A stretch of DNA of 32,585 nt from a virus (lineage: Duplodnaviria; Caudoviricetes). Positions 25,505 through 32,585 of this stretch are shown here, piece by piece (positions within the stretch are counted from its first letter, which is position 1; every line of letters starts with the position of its first letter). A program made the translations under genes and the position numbers. A model generated the notes under the pieces. The model ran no database searches. It saw nothing but the letters and a program-made list of their open reading frames with translations, and was not told where the DNA came from. Location of the stretch: positions 1 to 32,585 of IMG/VR virus record IMGVR_UViG_3300017650_000208. One strand, 5' to 3'.

Positions 25505-25918
25505 ATGGCATTGACTCCTACCACGGTCGGGGAGAACCCCCAAGTCCCGTCGGCATCCGCACAGACGTTCGTTCCCGATCAACTGATCGCCGGTCCGAAG
25601 CAGCTGGTCACCCGCAACGTCACGATCACGGGCGGCCCGTTCGTGCGCGGCACGGTACTCGGCAAGATCACGGCGAGCGGCAAGTTCACCGTCGCGCTGT
25701 CGGCATCGTCCGATGGCAGCCAGACGCCGACGGCGATTCTCGCTGATTACGCCGATGGCAGCGCCGGTGACGTCGTTGCGGGCGTATATCTCGAAGGCGA
25801 GTTCAACGTCAACGCGGTGACGCTCGGCACCGGCATCACGGCGACGGCAGCACAAGACGCGCTGCGCCCGCTCGGCATCCACCTCAAGTCCTCGGTCACG
25901 GCTGCTGACCCGAGCTAA
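25505..25918 (+). CDS. Head decoration protein (gpD-like)
   Basis: RGTVLG..DGSQTP..AIL..GEFN motif. Confidence 0.9.
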   Translation: MALTPTTVGENPQVPSASAQTFVPDQLIAGPKQLVTRNVTITGGPFVRGTVLGKITASGKFTVALSASSDGSQTPTAILADYADGSAGDVVAGVYLEGEFNVNAVTLGTGITATAAQDALRPLGIHLKSSVTAADPS

Positions 25919-25939
25919 ACCCTCAATCGAACTGATGTG

Positions 25940-25967
25940 AAGGCCCCGCCACAGCGCGGGGCTTTTT
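25940..25967 (+). terminator. Intrinsic terminator-like hairpin before the capsid gene
   Basis: AAGGCCCCGC-6 nt-GCGGGGCTTT plus TT. Confidence 0.65.
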
Positions 25968-25995
25968 CATTTGGGCCACACACTCGGAGAGAGCA

Positions 25996-27042
25996 ATGCC
26001 CGGAAACTTGATTTACGACACCAACACCCTGGTCGGGGTTGTGCAGAACCTGAAGATGGCACAGAGCTGGCTGCTTGACCGCTTCTTCCCGAACATGATC
26101 CCGGCTGACAGCGAGTACGTCTCGATCGACGTCGACGTCGGCAAGCGCCGGATGTCGCCGTTCTGCTCGCCGCTGGTCGAAGGCAAGCTTGTCGAGAGCC
26201 GCCGCTACCAGACGAACACGTTCAAACCGCCCTACATCAAGGACAAGCGCGCGCCGGATCTGCGCAAGCCGGTCCGTCGGATGATTGGCGAGCGCATCGG
26301 CGGCGAGCTGTCGCCCGAAGTCCGTGAGCAGATGAACCTCGAGTTCGAGCTCAACGATCAGATCGATATGCTCACGCGCCGCATGGAGTGGATGGCGGCG
26401 CAAGTGCTGGTCACCGGCACGCTCACGGTTTCCGGCGAAGGCTTCCCGACGACCGTGATCGACTTCGGTCGCGACGGCTCGCTGACGATTGCTCTGACGG
26501 GCGGCGCGCAATGGACGGCTGCGAACATCACCGCAGGCACGGCCAACCCGACCGGCAACATTGAAACGTGGCAGCAGCAGATCCTGAAGTCGTCGGGCGC
26601 AGTCGCAACCGACATAGTCTTCACCCCGAAAGCGTGGAATGGTTTCAAGCTCGACCCGACGCTGAAGGGCGCGATCTACTATCCGGCGTTGGGGCAGAAC
26701 GGCAACGTCGTGAACGTAGGCGCACAGATTCAACGCGGTGCCGTTTCGAAGGGCGTGTGGGGGCAATACAACCTCTGGCTGTACAACGACTGGTACGTCG
26801 ATGACAACAACGTCGAGCAACCGATGCTTCCGGACGGCTCCCTCATCATGACGGGTCCGGATCTCGACGGCACCCGCGCTTTCGGTCAGATCATCGACCC
26901 GGCGTTCAACTATGCTTCGCTGCCGTTCGCGCCGAAGACGTGGTTGAAGGACGATCCGGCCCAGCGTTTCCTGATGATGCAATCGGCTCCGATCATCATC
27001 CCGAGCCGGGTCAACGCCGCGCTGGCCGCGACCGTCGCGTGA
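25996..27042 (+). CDS. Major capsid protein (gpE family)
   Basis: LLDRFFP, FKPPYIKDK, RRMEWMAAQ, MQSAP motifs. Confidence 0.95.
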   Translation: MPGNLIYDTNTLVGVVQNLKMAQSWLLDRFFPNMIPADSEYVSIDVDVGKRRMSPFCSPLVEGKLVESRRYQTNTFKPPYIKDKRAPDLRKPVRRMIGERIGGELSPEVREQMNLEFELNDQIDMLTRRMEWMAAQVLVTGTLTVSGEGFPTTVIDFGRDGSLTIALTGGAQWTAANITAGTANPTGNIETWQQQILKSSGAVATDIVFTPKAWNGFKLDPTLKGAIYYPALGQNGNVVNVGAQIQRGAVSKGVWGQYNLWLYNDWYVDDNNVEQPMLPDGSLIMTGPDLDGTRAFGQIIDPAFNYASLPFAPKTWLKDDPAQRFLMMQSAPIIIPSRVNAALAATVA

Positions 27043-27050
27043 GGTGACTG

Positions 27051-27290
27051 ATGGCTACCAACGAAAAGATGGTTGAAGCCGTCGTCGCGCGCAATCGCAC
27101 GATCCACGACCAACTGAAGCCGAACGAAGAGCCGGTCATCAAGACGGCCGGTCAGAAAGTTCGACTGCCGGAGTCGGAGGTGAAGCGCTTGCGTGATCTC
27201 GGCTTCCTCGTTCCCGAAAAGGTCGAGGAAGTGAAGCTCGAAGGCGCGCAGATCACCGGCGGCCAGGTGTCGATCAACGAGTCGGAGTGA
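27051..27290 (+). CDS. Small head-associated protein (gpFI position)
   Basis: GAGGTG RBS; EVKRLRDLGF motif. Confidence 0.7.
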   Translation: MATNEKMVEAVVARNRTIHDQLKPNEEPVIKTAGQKVRLPESEVKRLRDLGFLVPEKVEEVKLEGAQITGGQVSINESE

Positions 27291-27293
27291 CCG

Positions 27294-27632
27294 ATGGACT
27301 GGGATGACATCGTCGACGGCAAGATCCTCGGTCCTCTGATGGCGCAGTTCGGGACGGCGATCACCTATATGCCGATCGACGGTGGCTCGTTCCAGATCAC
27401 TGGCGCTTACGATAAGGCGTTCTTCGGCGTCGATCCGGTGACCGGGTCGACGGTCGTCACGCAGCAGCCGACGGTTGGCATCCAGGTCTCGCAGTTCCCC
27501 GTCGAGCCACAGCAGTACGACACGCTGATGATCAATAAGACGGGCGAGCAGTGGCAGGTGCGCGAGGTCCATCTTGACGGTCACGGCGGTGGCCGCCTCA
27601 TGCTCAACGTTCCGGGGCAAACCGATGCCTGA
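27294..27632 (+). CDS. Head-tail joining protein (gpFII-like)
   Basis: Position; WQVREVHLDGHG..LML C-terminus. Confidence 0.75.
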   Translation: MDWDDIVDGKILGPLMAQFGTAITYMPIDGGSFQITGAYDKAFFGVDPVTGSTVVTQQPTVGIQVSQFPVEPQQYDTLMINKTGEQWQVREVHLDGHGGGRLMLNVPGQTDA

Positions 27633-28230
27633 TCAAACTGGCCGCGCGCAACTGCGCGGCGCGCTGCTTTCGATCTTACAGACGATCCCGGGCGTGACGG
27701 TGTATTCGCCCGGCGACTGGAACGTGGCGGCTCCAAAGCTGCCCGCGATCAAGCTGCGACCGGCGAAAGAGCGCAAGCAATCGAACGGCAGAAACGGTCC
27801 GACGGCTTTCACGACGGTCGCAGCATTCGAGATCAAGGCGGAGGTGTCGGCGGCATCTGGGCCGGCTGCTCTTCTCGCGCTGGAGACGCTCGGCGCGGAG
27901 ATAGAAGAAGCGGTCTTCAAGAGCATTCCGTTGCGCCGTATCGTGCAGGACTTCTCGTTCTGCGACACGGAAACGGAGGTGACCGCTGATGGCTCGACAC
28001 ACGTAGGCGGCCTTTCAATCCTCCTGGGACTTGAGTTCGTCGAGACGTTCTATCCGGACATCAACACGCAGTTGCTAGCGATGAACGTGACGGCTGACCT
28101 CACGAACGTCGCCGATCCGAACGGCACCTATCCGGACCCACCATTCCCCGACGCTGTCACGCCGGCCCCGCGCACGCAGGGCCCGGACGGCCGCGCGGAA
28201 GGCGAGGTCAACGTTCAATTTCCTCAATAG
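27625..28230 (+). CDS. Tail terminator/neck-like protein
   Basis: Position between the joining protein and the sheath; overlaps the upstream stop. Confidence 0.65.
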   Translation: MPDQTGRAQLRGALLSILQTIPGVTVYSPGDWNVAAPKLPAIKLRPAKERKQSNGRNGPTAFTTVAAFEIKAEVSAASGPAALLALETLGAEIEEAVFKSIPLRRIVQDFSFCDTETEVTADGSTHVGGLSILLGLEFVETFYPDINTQLLAMNVTADLTNVADPNGTYPDPPFPDAVTPAPRTQGPDGRAEGEVNVQFPQ

Positions 28231-28239
28231 GAGCGACGA

Positions 28240-28428
28240 ATGATCGTCAAACCTGCACCGGGCCTCAAAGTGCGGCATCCGGTTACGAAGCAGTTGCTGC
28301 CGGACGAAGGCATCGAAGTGCCGGACGGCGACATCTTCTGGACCCGCGTGCTCAATGACGGCGACGTCGTTCTCGCGGACAACGCGGCTCTGCCCGCACC
28401 GAAGCAGTCGGGGAGTGACGCAGAATGA
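28240..28428 (+). CDS. DUF2635 family protein (Mu gp38-like)
   Basis: VKPAPGLKVRHP..LLPDEG..FWTR..DGDV. Confidence 0.85.
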   Translation: MIVKPAPGLKVRHPVTKQLLPDEGIEVPDGDIFWTRVLNDGDVVLADNAALPAPKQSGSDAE

Positions 28429-29918
28429 CCATTCCGTTCAAGCAGATCCCGCAGAACATCCGCACGCCGCTGTTCTTCGCCGAGATCGACAACTCGCACG
28501 CGAACTCCGCGGTTGCGAACCAACGCGCGCTGCTCATCGGGCCGATGACTTCGGCCGGCGCGGCGACGCCGAATGTGCCCCTCATCTCGTCGGGTACGGG
28601 CGACGCGAACGTCCAGGCTGGCGCGAACAGCGTGCTCGCATTGATGACGGCGGCGTATCGCCAGAACGATCAGTTCGGCGAGCTCTGGTATCTGCCTGTG
28701 CAGGACGCGGCGGGCGCCGTGGCCGCCACCGGTACGATCGCTTTCACGTCGGCGCCGACGGCCAATGGCACGATCTCGCTCTATATCGCCGGTCAGCTTG
28801 TCACCGTGCCGGTGACGGCGGGCCAGACGACCGCGCAGATTGCGACCGCAGTCGCTGCGGCGATCAATCTGATTCCGTCGATGCCCGTCACTGCAGCCGC
28901 ATCGACGAGCACCGTAACGCTGACGGCGGACAACAAGGGCCTCGTCGGCAACGACATCGACGTCCGCTTCAATTACATCGGCACGACGGCCGGCGAGGCG
29001 CTGCCGACCGGCCTCGCTGCGACGATCACGGCAATGGCGGGCGGTACGACGAACCCCACGCTCACGACGGCGCTCGGCAATCTTCAGGACATGCCGTTCG
29101 ACTTCATTGCGTGCGCGTTCACCGATACGACGTCGCTCGACGCGCTGAAGGCGTTCCTGAACGACTCGACCGGCCGTTGGAGCTGGCAGCAGCAGGTGTA
29201 TGGCCACGTGTTCGCCGCCTATCGCAGCACGTGGGCAGGGCTCACCACATTCGGCACGGCGCGCAATAACCAGCACGAGTCGATCATGGGATTCAACGAC
29301 TCGCCGACGCCCGCATGGCAGTGGGCGGCGGCGATCGCGGCGGTGACGGCGGTGAGCGTGCGCGCTGATCCGGGCGTACCGATGCAGACCGTCGCGCTGA
29401 CGGGGGTTCTGGCGCCGCCGCTGCAATCGCGATTCAACTTGAGCCAACGCAACACGCTTCTCTATGACGGCATCGCCACCTTCACGGTTGGCGATGACGG
29501 CACGGTCGCGATCGAGAACCTGATCACGAGCTATCAGACGAACGCATTCGGCCAGCCGGACAACAGCTATCTCGAAGTCGAGACGATGTTCCTGCTCGCG
29601 TACGTGCTGCGTCGCCTGCGCACGCTGGTGACGTCGAAGTATGCGCGCGTGAAGCTGGCGGCGAACGGCACGCGCTTCGGCCCGGGTGCCGGCATCGTGA
29701 CGCCGAACATCATCAAGGCTGATCAAATCGCCGAATATCAGGCGATGGAGTACGAAGGCTACGTGCAGGGCAGCGATCAGTTCGCTCAGTCGATCATCGT
29801 CGAGCAAAACGCGCAGAACCCGAACCGTGTCGACGTCCTCTGGCCGGGCACGCTGATCAACCAGTTGCGGATCTTCGCGCTGCTCGCGCAGTTCCGTCTG
29901 TCGACCAGCCAGACGTAA
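28425..29918 (+). CDS. Contractile tail sheath (Mu gpL-like)
   Basis: IPQNIRTPLFFAEIDNS, RNTLLYDGI, NPNRVDV motifs. Confidence 0.95.
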   Translation: MTIPFKQIPQNIRTPLFFAEIDNSHANSAVANQRALLIGPMTSAGAATPNVPLISSGTGDANVQAGANSVLALMTAAYRQNDQFGELWYLPVQDAAGAVAATGTIAFTSAPTANGTISLYIAGQLVTVPVTAGQTTAQIATAVAAAINLIPSMPVTAAASTSTVTLTADNKGLVGNDIDVRFNYIGTTAGEALPTGLAATITAMAGGTTNPTLTTALGNLQDMPFDFIACAFTDTTSLDALKAFLNDSTGRWSWQQQVYGHVFAAYRSTWAGLTTFGTARNNQHESIMGFNDSPTPAWQWAAAIAAVTAVSVRADPGVPMQTVALTGVLAPPLQSRFNLSQRNTLLYDGIATFTVGDDGTVAIENLITSYQTNAFGQPDNSYLEVETMFLLAYVLRRLRTLVTSKYARVKLAANGTRFGPGAGIVTPNIIKADQIAEYQAMEYEGYVQGSDQFAQSIIVEQNAQNPNRVDVLWPGTLINQLRIFALLAQFRLSTSQT

Positions 29919-29937
29919 GCAGTTCGCCAACGCTGTG

Positions 29938-29968
29938 AGCTGCCCATGACCGGGCGGCTTTTTCTTTT
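29938..29968 (+). terminator. Terminator-like hairpin between sheath and tube
   Basis: AGCTGCCC-ATGACC-GGGCGGCT plus T-tract. Confidence 0.55.
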
Positions 29969-29983
29969 GTGGAGAAGCCAACG

Positions 29984-30358
29984 ATGGCGAACAACACGAA
30001 TTTCATCGCCGGCACCGCGTATATCACGATCGACGGCGTCAACTATCAGCTCGAAGGTGAGTTGCGGTACGACGTCGGCACCGTGACGCGCGAGTCGCTG
30101 GCCGGCCAAGATACGGTGCACGGCTTCAGCGAGAAGCCCAAAGCTCCGTCGATCTCTGCATCGATCCGCGACTCGGGCGGCGTCAGCCTCGCTGCGATCA
30201 ACGCGATGCGCAGCAACACGGTCGTTCTTGAGCTCGCAAACGGCAAGACGATCATCGGCCGGAACATGTGGACCGTCGAAGCGCAGGAAGTCGATACGAC
30301 CGAAGCGAAGTTCACGGTCAAGTGGGAAGGCCTGCAGGGCTCGGTAACGGAGCAGTAA
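29984..30358 (+). CDS. Tail tube protein (Mu gpM-like)
   Basis: IAGTAYITIDG, GQDTVHGFSE, ELANGK motifs. Confidence 0.92.
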   Translation: MANNTNFIAGTAYITIDGVNYQLEGELRYDVGTVTRESLAGQDTVHGFSEKPKAPSISASIRDSGGVSLAAINAMRSNTVVLELANGKTIIGRNMWTVEAQEVDTTEAKFTVKWEGLQGSVTEQ

Positions 30359-30361
30359 TCG

Positions 30362-30922
30362 ATGAGCGACACAAAAACCATCCAACTGCGCAAGGCGCTG
30401 AGCTACGGAAAGGGCGATCAGGCGAAGACGGTCGATTCCATCACGCTGCGCGAGCCGACTGCCGGCGAATATGAGAAGGCGGAAAACGCGGCCGGTGTTT
30501 ATGGTCTGCAGATCGCCCTTATAGCGCTGCTTAGCGGCGTGCCCGTTGACGTCATCGATCAGATGTACACGAGCCAGATCGACGAGGCGGCCGACTTCAT
30601 CGGTTCGTTTGGCAAGGAAGCGATCAGCGGCATGAAGGCGAGCGCCGACGAGTTCGAGCTCGTTCTCCAATCGCCGGTGAAGCTCACGGCCGACGACAGC
30701 CCGCTGAATGTCGCTTCGCTCGAACTTTGCGAGCCGACGAACCAGCAGAAGCGTAAGGCGTCCGCCGCCGGCGGCACCTTCGCCTCGAGTATCGCGCTGA
30801 TTAGCATCGTGTCGAAGGTGCCGAAAAACGCAGTGCGCGCGCTGACCGCGCGGGACTTCATGGCCGCGTGCGCGTACTTCAACGGTTTTCAGCTTCGGCG
30901 GACAGCGAACTCGGACGACTGA
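30362..30922 (+). CDS. Tail assembly chaperone with two tandem domains
   Basis: ITLREPTAG..IALIALLSGVP repeated as LELCEPTNQ..IALISIVSKVP. Confidence 0.85.
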   Translation: MSDTKTIQLRKALSYGKGDQAKTVDSITLREPTAGEYEKAENAAGVYGLQIALIALLSGVPVDVIDQMYTSQIDEAADFIGSFGKEAISGMKASADEFELVLQSPVKLTADDSPLNVASLELCEPTNQQKRKASAAGGTFASSIALISIVSKVPKNAVRALTARDFMAACAYFNGFQLRRTANSDD

Positions 30923-30939
30923 TTGCCGCCGTCACGGCC

Positions 30940-31089
30940 ATGCCGGAAGGCTGGGACGACGTCCTCGCCGACTTGACGCATTTCATGCGGTGGGGACCGA
31001 ACGACGCTGACGGCATGACGTTTTCCGAGACTTTGCGCTGGCTTGATCAGGCCAAGCGCATGAAACAACAGATTGGAGCGAAGGCATGA
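30940..31089 (+). CDS. GpE'-like chaperone extension (probably a -1 frameshift product)
   Basis: LADLTHFMRWGP..MTFSETLRW resembles the P2 E' family; -1 frame open from 30868. Confidence 0.65.
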   Translation: MPEGWDDVLADLTHFMRWGPNDADGMTFSETLRWLDQAKRMKQQIGAKA

Positions 31090-32513
31090 ACATAGGGGGC
31101 GGCGCAGGCGCAGTGCTCGGCACCACCTCGGGCATCTCCAATCTGGCGAGCTCGCTTGCCGCTCGCCTCGGCGGCTCGGCGGGGTCGTACTTCGATCAGT
31201 TGCGTCCCGCCTCGTTTCGCGGAGTGCCCTTCGTATCGCTCGGCGGTGAAGGCGGCTTCGGTCGCCGGAATGAGTTGCACGAATATCCGCTGCGTGACAC
31301 TCCGTGGGTTGAGGATCTTGGGCGCGGCACGCGGCGCTTTCGGGTGTTCGGGTTCGTCGTTGGCGACGACGTCATCGCGCAGCGCGATCTGCTGATTGCG
31401 GCCTGTGAGAAGGAAGGCGCTGGCTCGCTCGTGCATCCGACGTATGGTCGGCGAGACGTCAGCCTGATGGACAGCCGCTGGATCGAGCGATGGGAGAAGG
31501 GCCGCTATTTTGAGTTCGAGTTCGAATTCATCGAGGGCGGCCCTCGTGTCTTCCCTGCGACCTCGGTGGCGGGCGGAAGTCTCATCGAAAGCGCCGCAAG
31601 CGGCCTGAACGTCGCGGCCGCGCTCAACTTCGCTCGAACGGCGTTGACCGCGATTGCATATGGTGCGGCGGTGCTTGGCTCGGCGGTAAGTACGGCCGTC
31701 GGTTGGTACACGGCGGCAAAGAATTTCGTTGGTGACGCACGGAACCTCTTCAGGCTCCTGACGAACCTGCCCGGCGACTTTGGTCGGTTCGCCGGCAGCG
31801 CGACGGTGCCGACGTTCAGCAAGTTTCCGAGCTCGTCGGTCGACACGAGCGGCGCAACCGTCGAAAGCCTTACACAGGCGGCGACCCTCGCGCGCGCGAA
31901 TCTTGACACTGCGTCCGCGACGCTAGACACGGCGGCGCGGAATCTTGACTCTTCGACGGTCGACGACTTCGCCGCGGCGGTGCAGGGTGTCACGAGCGCG
32001 ATGCTGGCGGCCACGCCGGATCCGGCTGATTCGATGCGCTTGCTCACGTCGTTGGCGAGCTACCAGCCGAGCGGCGCAACAACGACGTCGACGATCGGCA
32101 CCGCGATGGCAACGATGCAATCAGCGTGCTCAGATCTTTTTCGGCGCACGACCATTGCATCGATCGCTATCGCGGCATCGAATTACGAGCCGACGTCGAG
32201 CGACGATGCCGCGCGAGTACGCACTCAGGTGCTCGATCTGATTGACGGCGAGATGACGATAGCGGGCGATCAGGGCGACGATGAAACGTACGACGCGCTG
32301 CGCTCGCTGCGGCAAGCCGTTGTATCAGACCTGAATCAGCGCGGCGCGGGTCTGCCGGCGATGCGGACGTTTGCGTTTGCGACCCCGCTGCCCTCGCTGG
32401 CCCTCGCGAATCGTATCTATCGGGACGCATCGCGCGCGGATGAGTTGGTCGCGCAAGCTGACCCGGTGCATCCGGCGTTTTTCCCTACTAGCTTCAAGGC
32501 ACTGGCAACCTGA
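31086..32513 (+). CDS. DNA circularization protein (Mu gpN-like)
   Basis: LRPASFRGVPF, HEYPLRD.PWVEDLGR, GSLVHP, PSLALANRIY..HPAF. Confidence 0.93.
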   Translation: MNIGGGAGAVLGTTSGISNLASSLAARLGGSAGSYFDQLRPASFRGVPFVSLGGEGGFGRRNELHEYPLRDTPWVEDLGRGTRRFRVFGFVVGDDVIAQRDLLIAACEKEGAGSLVHPTYGRRDVSLMDSRWIERWEKGRYFEFEFEFIEGGPRVFPATSVAGGSLIESAASGLNVAAALNFARTALTAIAYGAAVLGSAVSTAVGWYTAAKNFVGDARNLFRLLTNLPGDFGRFAGSATVPTFSKFPSSSVDTSGATVESLTQAATLARANLDTASATLDTAARNLDSSTVDDFAAAVQGVTSAMLAATPDPADSMRLLTSLASYQPSGATTTSTIGTAMATMQSACSDLFRRTTIASIAIAASNYEPTSSDDAARVRTQVLDLIDGEMTIAGDQGDDETYDALRSLRQAVVSDLNQRGAGLPAMRTFAFATPLPSLALANRIYRDASRADELVAQADPVHPAFFPTSFKALAT

Positions 32514-32516
32514 TCC

Positions 32517-32585
32517 ATGGCAAACAACCTGACGATCGTTATCTCCGCGCTCGACAGGACTGAGGCGGGCTTCGCGTCGGCGAAC
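32517..32585 (+). CDS. Probable tape measure protein, N-terminus (truncated by window)
   Basis: MANNLTIVISALDRT resembles common TMP starts; only 23 codons visible. Confidence 0.5.
   Translation, partial: MANNLTIVISALDRTEAGFASAN

Larger units (their letters stand above)
1..32585. mobile_element. Temperate prophage (lambdoid immunity, replication and head genes plus Mu-like contractile tail), continuing past the right edge
   Basis: Integrase/xis, cI/cro, replication, Q, terminase, portal, capsid, sheath and tube genes in lambdoid order. Confidence 0.97.

Noticed and set aside
28224-29981. 585-aa minus-strand ORF and similar long antisense ORFs over portal, capsid and terminase
   Set aside because: Shadows of well-supported structural genes caused by codon bias

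Overview
This window is the left ~32.6 kb of a GC-rich temperate prophage; the host is probably a Burkholderiales bacterium (inferred from GC content and protein families). It begins at the integrase stop codon and runs through int/xis, then a leftward (pL) accessory operon: DUF551, Lar, a C5-methyltransferase broken by one nonsense codon, Dam, DUF5131, two secreted proteins and four micro-ORFs. Next come a lambdoid immunity switch (a repressor with two HTH domains, Cro, TTAAAC-N5-GTTTAA operators), a BRO-N antirepressor, a replication initiator with internal iterons, nin-like genes, and a Q-like gene with pR'/tR'. The late region holds a cos-like site, lambda-type head genes and a Mu-type contractile tail, cut off at a probable tape-measure start. 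The most unusual parts are the secreted Gly/Ser-rich repeat protein paired with a 4-Cys partner in the early operon, the highly structured pL leader with alternative anti-SD pairings and no visible N gene, the tandem-HTH repressor, a dam cassette flanked by a duplicated gene start, and a tandem-domain tail chaperone. Family assignments come from motif recognition, not database searches.
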